64,000 bases of DNA from Saprolegnia diclina VS20 (GCF_000281045.1 NW_008246079.1:511813-575812); one strand, 5' to 3'; shown: positions 12,801-26,114, numbered from the stretch's first letter. Notes: generated by a model not told the origin, from the letters alone. A program made the numbers and translations.

Positions 12801-14284
12801 GCCTCTTCCCCACGTGTCATTTCCTAATGCAATGGTGTAGGTTTGCCAAGATGCTCCTGATCGCCAAGCAGGTCGGGTGCCTCGAGTACATCATTGCGGT
12901 CGTCGCAAGTCTGACGGGACAACCGCCATTCGTGCTCGCGGTCGAGCGCAAGGATCAGGAAGCGGACGCGGACGCACCGGACGAGCCGGTCATTTCGCCC
13001 GAAGAAATGAGTGACGACATGGCCAAGGAGTGGAAGGAAGCCGAGGAGATGCGCAAGCACAGCCAGTGGGTCGACGAAGAAAGCGACGTCCTCGGCATGC
13101 TGCGCGCGGCCGGTGCATACGCCTACTCTGGCGCGTCGCCAGCGTTTTGCGACGAAAACCACCTGCATGCCAAGGTCCTCGACAAAAATGAGGTGCAAGA
13201 CGACTCATATGTGTTTAGATCATGGAGCAAATGCTCAAGCTGCGCAGCCAGCTCACGCTGATCGTCAACAAGCTCTTTGCGAGCGACGCGAGCTACACGC
13301 CCGTGGCCCTGCACCCCAACATGCCGCCGCCGAGCCCCGAGGAGCAAGACACAATTCGCCAAATCGTCGCGGCCGGTGCGTCACCACTGTGTCGACACCT
13401 CTGATTGGATGGGGGCGTAGGGTACCTCGACCACGTTGCCCACCGCGCACCGCCGGGCACCATCACGGAAGGCACCAAGATCGAGCGCAACTGCGCGTAC
13501 GTTTCGTGCAGCGGCATTGTGAACGAGCCGATTTACATTCATCCGCACTCGCACGTCTTTACACGCGAGCCGGCCAAGGTACCTTTACATGCATCGTATC
13601 ACGACTGCTAATGGTCGATGTTAGCTGCCGTCGTTTGTGGTCTACAACACCATTGTCCGGTCGTCGCGCGCGTGCATGAAGACCGTCACGTCGATCGAGC
13701 CCGACTGGCTCTTTGCAATTGCGCAGTCGTCGCCGCTCTGCAAGCTCTCGGAGCCGCTGACGGCGCCCGCGCCGCGCTACAACGCAGCCTTGGACCGCGT
13801 CGACTGCTTTGTCAAGCCCGTGTACGGCGTGCACCAATGGGAGCTGCCCGTCGTGACGGTACCCACCCTGTCAGAACCGAGTGGCGTCGTAACCTCCAAC
13901 AGGTCGAGTACCCCGCGGGGACGATGCGCGTGCGCTGGTTTGCGCGCTGCCTCTTGGACGGCGCGGTCGTGCCGTCGCTCCTGCCGTTTGCGACGCGGCT
14001 CAAGGAGCCCAGTGCCTCGCTCTTGCGCAAGAAGTTTGACGCCAAGATCCAGCTGCTCGTCATGGCCCTCGAGCGGTACACTAGATACCAAGTGGCAATG
14101 TCTCATGGTATATTTGAAAATTAGAAATGACATTGCCACGCGCGCCACGCTCTCCGCGCAGTGGAAGAAGAACCCCAAGTTTCTCCTCGACGAACTCCTC
14201 AAGTGGGTCAAAGACGAGCACAAGACGTCGCTCACCAAGGCGTGGCCGTCCATCGTGCAGACCGAGCTCGCGCGGACACGTTAG
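9870..14284 (+). CDS. DHX37: DEAH-box RNA helicase DHX37/Dhr1, 40S biogenesis, about 14 exons
   Basis: [114 protein letters not shown]. Confidence 0.95.
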
Positions 14285-15537
14285 GAAAATGACAAATTGT
14301 GTATGGTTGATTGTCCTTCGTCCTGGGAGTCGATTGCAGGTCAACAGCAAAGACGCCAGCACGCACGCGGTTCTCAGCACTCTGCTGCAGCCGCGTGCGC
14401 TAGTATCGTGCACGACGGGATCGCATCGTGGGTTGCATCCGGTGTGGTTGATGGATGACCAAGAGGCGAGTACTAAACATGGCTGTATGTGGTAAAAATG
14501 GCATGTACCATATATAATACAATTGGCCATAGCGATGGCTGCACGCCTTGTCGGACGATGTGCCATAGCATTATGAGCTTGCCCAAGTGTGCTCTTTCAA
14601 TATACAAAGTTTGAGCACCTTCATTTTTCAACGCGATCGGCGCCTCAGATCGGTCTTGGATCCGTGGGCGGGCGACCTGTTGGCATAGGATTGGCTAAAT
14701 TTGCCAGAATTTACAACCAATGAAAACGAGCTTTTTTCTGCCGGCAACAACTTACACAGACCCACAACTTCGTGCAAGTGCGGTAGTAGATGGACAAGAC
14801 CTGGGCAAAAGATTATGTAATTTCAAATGCGTCCATCGAATAAAGCTGAGAGATGTGCGCGGAAGCTATTATGCTCGTCCAACACACAATTGAAAGATGA
14901 ATTTCATGCTGTCGATGCCATCCAAGCAATCTTCTCCCGTTAGCCTTAATAGAACAACTTGTATCGAGAGCGACTTGTCTGGGAATCCAATTTGATGCGC
15001 CCACGGAGAGGAGAAATCGACTGCACCAGCGCGCTTGCATAACAACCGGTTATCTCACTTTTGCTTGTTAGAACACGGCAGTGACGTCATGGGATTGCTT
15101 GATCTTCACTCGGCACGCCTCTTTCAGCCGAGCGTTATTGGCGCGAGCTCGTTCCCACAAGTTGCGTGCGCAGGCTTATCATTTTCGCCCTGTTGCTGTG
15201 GTGAGTTGCCGACTGCGTGCCCCTGCCTGACCCATGTGACAAGCCACGTAATCCTCGTCTTTGATTGGCTATATTTGATGCTTGTCGGCGCGTCTGATTC
15301 GCAGATATTTTGGACTTTAATCCATTCATTTTCTCGGGTTGCGATGTATCCGGAAATGCTATTTTAATCCGGCCTCGTTTTTATATTTCGCGCCAGGCAT
15401 ACAAGACTGCAGACAATGGAACCTCCCAGGTGTATCCGGATGCGCGGGCTCTGAAGCCTGCGTCATTCGAACGCATTCGCCGTGGGCACACGAGCGCGTC
15501 CATCGTCGTCGTCGTCGCCCATCTTCCTGCCACCTCC

Positions 15538-16541
15538 ATGGACTCGATGGCCGTCGAGTCGACCGGGTTCTTTGCGCAGAACCCAAACCTGCGCGAGTTC
15601 GCCTGCGGTGGCACGGCCGCCGCCATCAACATCGTCTTGACCTTCGTGCCCAACAAGATCATGTTCCGCCAGCAAGTACGCTTCTGCACGAGATGCACAT
15701 GGAGGCCAACTCGTCATGCCTTGTAGCTCTATGGCTCATCGACCGTCCAAGCGTGGCAAAGTCTCCAGCAAGACGGCTGGAACATGCTGTACCGCGGCGT
15801 GCGCCCGCCACTCATGCAAGCCGCGGTCGCCAAGTCGTTCATGTTTGGCCTCTACAACTGCTACAACGACGCGATGACGGACGAGTATGGCAACCACATC
15901 AACGGCATTGCGACGTCGCACTACGCGGCCTTTCTCTCGGGCACGTCCGAGGCGATTTTGACGCCGTTCGAGGTACGCCACATGCAACTTGCTCGCGCTC
16001 ACGACGACGCGTAGCGCGCGCAAACTCTTTTGCAAACCGTCAAGTACAACAACGAGTTCAAGGGCGCGATCGACGCCTTTCATCGGATCAGCATGCTCGG
16101 CGTGCGCGAGCACTACCGAGGCCTCTCGGCCGTCCTGCTCCGCAACGGCCCGTCGAACGTTGTCTTTTTTGGGTTGCGCGAGAACGTCCGGGACTTTTTG
16201 CCCGAGACGACGACACCGCACATGACGCTGGCCGCCGACTTTGTGTCGGGCGCGGTCCTCGGCGCCTTCCTCAGCACGCTCTTCTTCCCCCTCAACGGTA
16301 CGCCATGATGCTCTACCTTGTCGTCTCAACCGCATCTGGATTAGTCGCCAAGACGCGCATGCAAAGTATTTATGGTGGCGAGTACATTGGTGTCGCCGAG
16401 GCCCTGCGACGAACGTACGTCGAACGCGACCACAGCTGGCGACACGTCTACCGAGGCGTGCACATCAACTTTGTCCGGTCGCTCGTCTCGTGGGGCATTA
16501 TCAACTCGGCCTACGAAAAGCTCAAGCTCCTGACCGAGTAG
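15538..16541 (+). CDS. SLC25A51: Mitochondrial carrier, SLC25A51/MCART1-like (putative NAD+ transporter), 4 exons
   Basis: Three carrier repeats: PNKIMFRQQ, TPFERAQTLLQ, FPLNVAKTRMQS; also YRGLSAVLLRNGPSNVVFFGLR and RSLVSWGIINSAYE. Confidence 0.85.
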
Positions 16542-16986
16542 ACGTCCAAGAATTACAACTACGTGTGCGACCGTTTAGACTAATTTTTTTCTCGATACTA
16601 ATACTGCAATTCTTCCTACTGTCTACTGCCTGGATGGTCCCTCCCGCGTTTGGCCCGCTTTCCTAGTTAGTCGTCGGCTTGGTTCCTTCGTCCTACACAT
16701 GATCACCCAGCTTCGGTGCGATGACGATTGCTCCATGCTGGTGTCGCTGGCGACGTCGTCGCGTAAGCAACTTCAACTTGGTGTACCCCGGGGTGTCGAA
16801 CCAGATTGTTATTAAAAACGAAATACGACCTGGTATACAAACTTCAGGTACACAGGAATAAAATACGGTGACGTGTGGTGCGGACCAATGAGCGCGCGTG
16901 GAAACCGCGCGTTAAGTTCTTGTAACAAGGGTGTGGTTGCGCTTGTATCGAGATCCCACCTCGGCGCGGGTATTTCCGAGAAGAGC

Positions 16987-17764
16987 ATGATGGCGGGAGT
17001 CCGCGGCAAGGAGCGCTGGGCCGCGCAAGGCCGGGACGTGACCTTCATGAGCCCCATGGGCCTCAAGGAGCGCATCAAGAAGCGCTGCATGGACCACATG
17101 AAGAAGCACCGGAAGCGGATCCTCGACAACCTCCGCAACTGCTTCTCCGACGTCGCCGCCGAGGTCATGGACGTCTCTGAGGTCAATGCGATGGACGAGC
17201 TTCTCGTCAACGGCGAGCTCTCCCAAGACGACTACCTCGAGATCCTCATGAGCCTTGAAGCTGCGCTCCGGGACGAGATCATGCACGAAGACCTTCTCCA
17301 GGCCGAGGCCGCGCTCGCCGAGGAGGAAGCGTGGATCGCCGACTTGGAGGACCTCGACCTCTGCCAGCAAGCCGAGTTTGTGCTCTGTCCGATCTGCAAA
17401 AAGTCGGGTCTGGACGAGGCCATCGACTGGACCGACGACATCGAGACGCGCGTGGTGTCGTGTCGGTGCGGCTTTCGCCTGCCTTTCCCGGCCGACCCCG
17501 AGACCTCGGCCTTGTCCGAGTTCCAAGGCGCGTTGGCGACGGCCTTCCATGCTCATCGGTATCCCAATGGCATTTCGTGCCACGGACGGTCTCTCATGCC
17601 TGCGTGTCTTTAGGCAGCACTGCGGCGAAGACCCGAGCTTCCATGTGCAAGGCGTCGACACGGTGTATGACATGGCGACGGACGACTCGCATCTCGCAAG
17701 GTCGGCGCTCCAGCGATTGTATTTAGGCTGCCACCATTGTGGACAGCGGGCCTGCGTGCTCTAG
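16987..17764 (+). CDS. RPAIN: RPA-interacting protein-like, 2 exons
   Basis: KERIKKRCMDHMKKHRKRILDNLR helix, acidic middle, C-terminal Zn ligands LCPICKK, CRCG, H..HC, CHHC; intron from 17559 to 17613. Confidence 0.75.
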
Positions 17765-17868
17765 CTTCAGCCAACAGTTTTGTACTTCACCTCATCTTCT
17801 TCACCAGTGTCCAAAGGAAGAATGATCATCTTTCACATGAATTAGTACCTAGTCCTACTACCGTGCAC

Positions 17869-20851
17869 TTAGTTGAGGCCGACAAACTTCTTGGCGTCGA
17901 GGATCGCCTGCTGCAAATTGTCGGTCGTCTTGGCCTGGCCCGTGGCGTTGAAGGCGTTCTTGCCGCCGCCCTTGCCGCCCATGGAGACCATGGCCGCGTT
18001 GACCCACGTCTTGGCATCCAACTGCTTCTCGCCGTTGTGCTTCTGGCTCACTTGGCAGAACGCCGCCGTCTTGGCCGCCTCGGCGTCGACGCTGAAGACG
18101 ATCGCGCTCGCATGCGGGTGCACCTGCGTGATAGCCTCCAAGAGCTGGTTGCCGAGCTTGGCATCCGTGCCGAGCTCCAAGTTGAGGACCAAGAATTCCT
18201 GGTGGTTGGCAAGCGCCGTCGCCGCGAGGGCCGACACCGTCTTGACACCGGCGGCCGCGCGGGCCGCAGCTTCCTCCTTCTGCCACGCCTTGATCTTCTC
18301 GACCAAGTCGTTGAGAAGGCCGCGAAGCGCCTCCTTGCGCGGGAGCGAGATGATGCTGGCATCGAGCTGCGGGCGGAAGGCAGCGACCGCCGCAGCGATC
18401 TCGGCCACCGGCGCCTTGGCCATGGCTTCAAGCTGGGCCTGGAGCGCGTCCGCGCGCTTACCCGCTTCAATGGCCGCCTGGCCCGTCGACGCGCTCATGC
18501 GGCGAATGCCCTTGGCAATCGCGCCTTCTTCAAGCAAAGCGAACGCGACCGCCTCCTTCGTGTTGGTGAGGTGGGTACCACCGCAGAACTCGACCGAGTA
18601 CTGGGCCCACGCCGCGTTCTCGGGGTCCTGGAGCATCGACGGAATCGCCGCACCAATCGAGACGACGCGGACGTTGTCCGGGTACGTCTCACCGAAGACG
18701 GCGCGGAGGCCTTGGATGCGCTTGGCGTGGGCCTGGGGCGCGTCCTGGATGTACACGGGCAGCTGCTGCGCGATGATCTCCTTGACGATGCCTTCGACGG
18801 CCGCGATCTGGTCGGGCTTGAGCGCCTTGTTGGTCGTAAAGTCGAAGCGGAGGCGCGCGTCGTCGACGAGCGAACCGCGCTGGTCGACCGTGCCGCCGAG
18901 CACCTTGCGAAGCGCGTAGTTGAGCACGTGCGTCATCGTGTGGTTGGGCGCGATCTTGTTGCGGCGGACATAGTCAACCTTGGCCTCGACCACGTCGCCG
19001 ACCGCGAGCGCGCCCGACGTCAACGGACCCATGTGGAGAGTGTAGCCGGCGTACGACTCGACCGCGTTGACATCGACGTGGCCGGCCTTGCTCACAAGCG
19101 CACCCGTATCGTAGATCTGACCGCCCGACTGCGCGTAGAAGCTGGTCGTGTCCAAGATGACGCCGATCGCCTGGTACTCGCCAGCAACGGTCTTGTCGAC
19201 AAACGCCGACGTCGTCGCCGTCGTCGCAAAGATGCCGACGACCTTGGCCGAGACGTTGGCCTGGGCATACTTGGGCTCGTCGTTCGTGGGCGCAACGTGG
19301 AGCGACGCCAGGTGGCTCGTCTCGGCGGCTTCGAGCACGAGCGGGCGCACGCCGTGGAGGCCGCCCTTCTTGCGGTCCTGCTTGGAGCGCTCCGACTGGA
19401 GACGCATCTGCTCTTCGTAGCCCTTGTGGTCGACGGTGAGGCCCTGCTCTTCGGCCATGATTTCCGTCAAGTCGACGGGGAAACCCATCGAGTCGTAGAG
19501 GAAGAACGCGTCTTCACCCGAGACGACGGTCTTCTTCTCAGCCTTCATGGCCGTCGCGATCTTCTTGAAGCGCTCGAGGCCCTTGTTCAGCGTGCGGCCG
19601 AACGAGACTTCTTCGTCCAAGATGATCTCGGTGACGTGCGCCTGCTTGGTCTTGAGCTCCGGGAAAGCACCCGAGAGCATCTCGACAACGACGGGCACAA
19701 GCTTCGAGAGGAAGCCGCGCGGGGCGTGGAGGAACTGCTCGCCGTAGCGGACGGCACGGCGGAGGATGCGGCGGAGGACGTAGCCACGGCCTTCGTTACT
19801 CGGGACAGCGCCATCGGCAATCGCAAAGCTGAGCGTACGGATGTGGTCAGCAACGACGCGGTACGCCATGTCCTTGAGCGTCGGGTCTTCTTCGCCGAGC
19901 TTGCCCGTGTACGGCTCCGACTTGCAGAGCGCTTGAATGGCGCCAAAGAGCGGCATGAAGACGTCCGTATCGTAGTTGGACATCTTGCCCTGAAGAATCG
20001 ACGCAAGACGCTCAAAGCCCATGCCCGTGTCGACGTGCTGCGACGGCAAGGTCACGAGCGAGCCATCAGTCTCGCGGTTGAACTGGATGAAGACGTTGTT
20101 CCAGATCTCAATGACATCGGGGAAGTCGGCGTTCACGCGCGCCGCGGCGTCGCGGCCACCGATGCGATCGTAGTGGATCTCCGTGCACGGGCCGCACGGG
20201 CCGACGTCACCCATTTCCCAAAAGTTGTCGGCGCAGCCAAACGGCAAAACGCGTTCGGACGGGACATACCTAGATACAGGCTACATGAGCTTTCTGCCTG
20301 CAATAGAATGGTCGTGCGTACTTGAGCCAGAGCTGGCGGGTCTCCTCGTCGGCCGGGAGGTTCTGCTTCTCATCACCGCCAAAGTACGTGACGTAGAGGC
20401 GCTCGGGCTCGAGGCCAAAGACCTTGGTGAGGAGCGTCCAGCTCATGTCGACCGCGTCCTTCTTGAAGTAGTCGCCGAAGCTCCAGTTGCCAAGCATCTC
20501 GAAAAACGTGTGGTGGTACACGTCCTTGCCGACATCGTCGAGATCGTTGTGCTTGCCGCCGGCGCGGATGCACTTTTGCGAGTTGGTCGCGCGCTTGAGC
20601 TTGGCCATCGGGTGCGACGGGTCGACCTGGCCAAGGAAGATGGGCTTGAACTGGTTCATGCCCGCGTTGATGAAGAGCAAGGTCGGGTCATCGAGGGGCA
20701 CGACCGGGCACGACTTGTACTCGTCATGAGGCAGCGCCGGGTGCGACGTGAAGAAGTTGACGAAGGTCTCGCGGATGCGGGCCGCGGGCCACTCGAGCGT
20801 CTTGCCGTCGTCGACGGAGAGCTGGCTCACCTGCGTCTTGAGCGAGTCCAT
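17869..20851 (-). CDS. AARS: Alanine--tRNA ligase, cytosolic type, 2 exons
   Basis: [66 protein letters not shown], editing motifs NHTMTH and EFCGGTH, GGKGGG. Intron 20270-20321. Confidence 0.98.
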
Positions 20852-20855
20852 CGAT

Positions 20856-20870
20856 GCAAATCGGAAATGG
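20856..20870 (-). promoter_or_regulatory. Oomycete Inr+FPR-like core promoter of the AlaRS gene
   Basis: Minus strand CCATTTCCGATTTGC, ending 4 nt before the ATG; fits YCATTYY followed by a near match to MWTTTNC. Confidence 0.5.
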
Positions 20871-21879
20871 CCATTCAAGGGCCAGGGATATCTCCGGATA
20901 ACGCCGCCGGATACGCCTACCACAAAAAACGAAGCTGAGACGCATGAAATAGTGTGCGAAAGATCGTACGCCCCCCGCGTCCGCTTTGGCGCCATTGCGC
21001 ACAACACAGCATCCAACTCGTGCGCCGCGCGCCGCAAGCCTGCAAAAGGTCATAGAATGCACCAACGAGCACGGTACCCCTCCGTTCAACGCTGGCGCAG
21101 GCGATGGTATCTTTACACTATTTTAGAATGTACCTCTGAGAGTGGATCTGTTCCGCCCGCTCGAGGTCCTAAACCTCCATAAGATCATACTTGAATTTCA
21201 ACGTTGAATCAACAGGTCCGTTCTTGTGGTCGTTGTCGTCGATGCAATCTCACCACTGTGCCCAGCGCCAGACGAACGCAGTGGGCATCGAGAGACGCCA
21301 CCCGACGCCACCCTTGGGCAACGGCCAGAGTCGCAGGCCGCGCCAAGCACGGGGCAAGTGGCCTACAGCACCAATCGCATGTAGCCGCAGTCGCCAGGGT
21401 GGAGGCGGAATCAGGCGCCATGTATTCGCAGTGCATAGCAGCTGCAGTATGTGTGCCTGCCCAGCCATCTCCTGGCGAATTTCGAACCGACTCCTTGCCG
21501 AGCGAGCACGCAAGGAGCTGTCGACAGATGCGAGCGACAGGACACAAGGTACTGGTGTTAATTTTATCAAGAGAGCTCGTGCCAGCTCGCATCGATGCCC
21601 AGAGTGTTCCTCCGAGGTCCGAGAAGGAAGAACGATAGAACATTCCTTGCGGTGCTCGCAAGAGCAACCGTCTCCCATGCGCCCTACGAAGTCGTTCGGG
21701 TCGTGCGTCTGGCTGCCTTGCAAGAGCCGTCAAGTTACCGCCTGGAGCTGGACACAGTTTGCATCAATGACGTGGCAACCGGTCGACGCACAGCGTGGAT
21801 CGCCGCATCCCGGATATGCTATCCGGATGCCGGGCGACTCTAAAAATACTCAACCGACAACCCGCTGCAACAGAGAGCG

Positions 21880-24800
21880 ATGGCCGCGGCCGTGGGGAAG
21901 ATCGAGGTCGAGGACGAAGAGAGCATCCTCCGCCAGGACGACGACGACCATGGCTTCATAACCGCCAAGACATACATGTCGACGTCCGCCTCATGCTCAC
22001 CGATGGACGGCCTCTCGCCCAAATCGGACTCGCCCGAGGTCGACCAGGCGCCAACCTTACCCCATGTGCTCGACGTGGCGAGCCGCATGCAGCCGTTCCT
22101 ACGGCACGTCCGGTACGAATCCAAGGGACCTCTCTTTCTGGACCTGAGCTCCCGTCCACCACCTCATCTCGGCGCCGTCATCAAGTCGTTTCGGCCCACG
22201 AGTCATGGCGGCAAGAGCGAAGCCGAGAGGTCCGGGCTCGTCGCCGTCGGGGACATGGTCATTTCGCTCAACGCGATCGACTGCACGCAACTCCCGTTTG
22301 GCCAGATCATCAAGGAGGCGACGAACGCCAGTTTCCCGCTCACACTGACCATTTTACCGAAAGCGCACGTTCCCGACTTCTTCCCGACCGCTTCGCACAT
22401 CGACACGAGCAAGCACCGACGTAATAGCTCGCTCGGCGACCTCCCGTCCATGCCGTCGACACCGCCCGCTGGTGGCAGCTGGGCCGCCGCCGTTGGCACC
22501 AAGTTTGGTCAGATCTTTGATGGCCGCACAAAGCGGGCGTCGTTCGGCAACGATCCACTCGCAAAGCCGACCCACGAGAGCCCACGCCATGCGTCCTTCA
22601 CCGAGTCACCAAGTGGACCCGCTACAAGTGTTTCGTGGACGTCGCCTCCGCCACAGCCGACGGGGCAGCCACCGTCGCCGCCCCTCCAGGTACCTCCGTC
22701 TGCAGCAGTAGGTGCAACCTGTATACCACATAATGCAGGTGGACAGCAACTTTCAAACCAAATTCCGGACCTGGCAAGACTCGATTTCGCTGGAAAAAGT
22801 GAGCCGAACGTCCACGACGCTCCTCTCCAAGATGCTCCCGGGCAAGCGCCCGGACGAACGAGGTATCGTACTGGCGTAAGGACGTAGCTTACATTGGCGC
22901 GTAGATGAAGCGCTCTCGAGCCTCGTTCGTGGGATCTCGATCCAGCCCGAGACCGCAACCCCGGATGCAAGCGTCTACCACACCACGTTGTTGCGCGTCG
23001 TCGCCGCCTCCCGCGTGCTTTCGCCCCACGAAGACGAAGGCGACGTTCTCTTCCAGTGGTACCGGTCGACGTCGCCCACCGAGTGTTTGATTCTTCGCGG
23101 TGCGACGCACGAGCGCTACGAGCCGTCGCTGGACGATGCCGAGGCGCTGCTGTACGTGCAATGCCACGGCCAGCCGCGTCACGACGGCGCGTCACCGACG
23201 CGCGGCAAGGTTGCCGTCTATGGCCCTATCGTCCTCGGTCTCTTGCCACTCTCGCAATCGTCATCTCACATGCTCTGCAGACCCCTCGATCAAGGAGACG
23301 GTGCAAATGGTCGTCGAAGCTGGCTCGGGCTCCTTCTCGGTAGCCACTTTTTCTAGTTAGTTTGTCATTTTGATGCCGAATGACATAGGCGACGTTGGCA
23401 CACTCGGACACGGACAACAGCTTTCAACTCAAACTCAACCGAAATGGCCTCACGCTTCTCAAAATTGCCGAAGACGAGTGCGGCGTCGTCGTGCAAGCCG
23501 ACTACTCGGTCGAGACGCACATCTATCTGGACGCGGCAGACGCCCTAAGCTTTGTGCTGCGCTTCCAAGCCGGAGGCGACGTGATCGGTACACGCCCCAA
23601 CGAGTTGTGCGCGTTGGACATGGCGCACGTCGGCGCGATCCACCTCGTGGCGCAGACACCAGCGTCGCGCGATATCATTGCCCTGGCGCTGCGCACGTTC
23701 CGCAATGCGCTGCTGTCGACGGAGGCGGTCGCGTCGGTGCGGGCAACGGAAGCTCATTTTGCAGGCTCGCCGATGGAAAAGACTGTGTACGGGTCAACGT
23801 GTATGCATCGAGGATACCACCTGCACAATGCGTAGTCTTGAACATCTCATGGACGACGACGCTGAAGACGCAACGACCGAGTGTCATGACCCCGTGGTCA
23901 AGCCGACTCTCAAGCGCAGTGCGTCGACCAAGGCCGTCGATGACGCGGCGGTCATCGCCGACCTCCGCGTACGCGCTTTATTTCTCTTTCTCTGCCCCGA
24001 GAGAGGAAACGACGACATGTGGGTAGCGACAAGTCGCGTCGCAAGCGCTTGTGATCAAGGCCACGCAAAACGAGCGCAACTTGATGGCGATCGCGGTCGA
24101 GGTCCGAGACCGCAAGCTCGACGAAGCCAAAGCCGAGTCCACGCAGCTGCACAGTCGACTCGAGTCACTCGTCTCGGAGCTCTCGGCGGCTAAAATAGCC
24201 AACGAGCGCAGCAAAAAGGTGCGGATCAACTGCCGACTCTGGGCGTATGGTCTGTGGTTGTTTAGTTGGAAGCTACCACGCAGAGTCTCCGGGAGCTAAT
24301 GCGTGCGCTGGAAGCCAAGAAAAGCGCCGCCGACGTCGCGCTCGCTGCGGCCCACGACACTATACGTCAGCTGGAAAAGCAGCTCCAATGCGCCGACACG
24401 GATGCGCGCAAGGTACGGACGACTTGCTTTCTCATTTGGTGGGGACAGTGAGATGCTAGGTGCGCGCGGACTTGGTCGAGTTGCAGCAGCAGCACATGAA
24501 GCTCACCGAAGAGCGCAACGGGCTCAAGGCCAAAGCCACGGGTCTCGCGAACGAACTCAAGCGGCTCGTCAAGGTACGTAATGAATGCTCTTGGAGTGGC
24601 AACGACACGCAGCGTACTGCAGGGCGGGCGGTCGATTGCTGACATTGAGGCGCAGCTCAAGGACCGATCTCGGCTGCAAGTCGAGCTCTCGGTAGCCAAG
24701 GCCAATATCAAGCGGTATCAGGACGAAGCGACTGAGTTTGAAGATGCGCTCCAGTCGCAGACCAAGCGCCGGGGGCTTGGCGATGCGGTATGTATCTAGT

Positions 24801-25128
24801 GTTATCTAGTTCTGACCCGTGCGACCTCTTGGGTTAGGACATGACCCGTGTCCAGAGCCAGAACGCCGAGCTGCAGCGGCTCGTGACGCAGTTCTCGACG
24901 TCGCTGAGTGAAAAGGAAGCTGAGATTGCGCGCCTCCAGCGAGCCAACCACATGCTTCTGAGCAAACTGCCGACGCCCACCAAGCTCCAGCTCCAGCTGC
25001 AGAAATCCACGTCATTTCAGATGCAGCAACAACTGGTCTTTCACGACGATGACGAAGAAGACGACAGCGAGGACGAAGAAGACGACAGCGAGGACAAGGA
25101 TGACGAGGATGGCGAAGACGATGCCTAA
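21880..25128 (+). CDS. PDZ + Ig-like/PH-like + coiled-coil scaffold protein, multi-exon
   Basis: PDZ (GAVIKSF...AERSGLVAVGDMVISLN), FQWYR...GATHERYEPSLDD Ig-like motif, PH-like terminal helix SRDIIALALRTFR, heptad-rich exons at 24040-24960, acidic tail. Confidence 0.75.
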
Positions 25129-25159
25129 GCACACACCTATAATGCTATCTATTGCCGCG

Positions 25160-25660
25160 TCACGTCGCATGGGGCCCGAGCATCATGTCGTCCACGAGGC
25201 GCGGAAACGCGTCTTCGTCGACCTGCGGGTAGGGCTCAATGTTGTCCCACTTCATGGTCGCCAGCAGCGTGGGCAGCTCGGCCAGTGCTGCCTGCAAGAG
25301 GTGGCGGCGGTCGGCGAGCGCGCTCGCGAGCTCCGTCTGGTGGTTGTCCATGAGCTGCGTGTTGGGCACGACGATGAGGTGCTTGCGCTCGTGGAGGACG
25401 TCCATGATGGTGCCCGCGCCCGCGTGGCTAATGACGAGCGACGCCGCCTCAATGTCGGCCTTGTACGCTGCGTTGTAGCGATAGCTCGTCACGCGGACCG
25501 GCGCCTCGATCGCCGACGGCTCGTAGCTGCCGCGCCCGATCTGGAAGACGACTTGCGTGTATCCAGCCGCCGCCAGCGTCGCGTACACGGCGGGCGTGTC
25601 GAGCGCCGCCACGAGCGCGTCAAAGGACGTGGTCCCGACGGTCACAAACACGCTCGGCAT
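25160..25660 (-). CDS. ALG13: UDP-GlcNAc transferase catalytic subunit ALG13
   Basis: VFVTVGTTSFDALV, FQIGRG, LVISHAGAGTIMD, IVVPNTQLMDNHQTELA; ATG at 25660. Confidence 0.95.
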   Translation of the reverse strand: MPSVFVTVGTTSFDALVAALDTPAVYATLAAAGYTQVVFQIGRGSYEPSAIEAPVRVTSYRYNAAYKADIEAASLVISHAGAGTIMDVLHERKHLIVVPNTQLMDNHQTELASALADRRHLLQAALAELPTLLATMKWDNIEPYPQVDEDAFPRLVDDMMLGPHAT

Positions 25661-26114
25661 CGAAAAAATAGTGCCGCTGAAAACACGCAACTTTCCCACT
25701 CTCAACCCTGCGAAATGTACGAGCTCTTGCGATGCGTTGACTGCCGCTACATCGAGAAGACGCATCCCCACTTGGTCTTGCTAGCGTCGGAGACGAGGAG
25801 CTCCGGCAGATCTGTCGGCACCCACTAATCGTGCAACGCAGCCTGCAGTAGCCACGACCTTATGAGCTTCAGTCCACACGCGTTGAGACACGTCGATCCA
25901 TGCATGTCGGACAAGTTGTCTCCTGCTCGTACATTGTAGTCCCTGCTTCAGAGCCTCGAGTATTGTCGGGAGGGAACCCGTAGGCCACTCGCGTCACTCT
26001 AAATGCGTGCTCGAGTACAGCACCGTGGAGCAGCGCTCGAGTGATTCTAAGAGCTAGAGCTGGAGGCGCTTCGTCCATGTACTTTGATGTTTCATCGGAT
26101 CTCAGGAGCAGGTA

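Noticed and set aside
16778..16806. GGTTCGACACC...ACCA tRNA-like end on the minus strand
   Set aside because: T-stem does not pair and the upstream sequence has no tRNA arms.
17737..20325. 862-aa plus-strand ORF
   Set aside because: Antisense shadow of alanyl-tRNA synthetase.
20852..20995. In-frame upstream ATG that could give AlaRS an organellar targeting extension
   Set aside because: An Inr/FPR-like element sits just before the downstream ATG and the extension is not clearly presequence-like. Only TSS data could revive it.
25048..25122. GACGAAGAAGACGACAGCGAG duplication and other GAC/GAA-rich tracts (e.g. 54905-55005)
   Set aside because: Ordinary coding repeats of acidic low-complexity regions.
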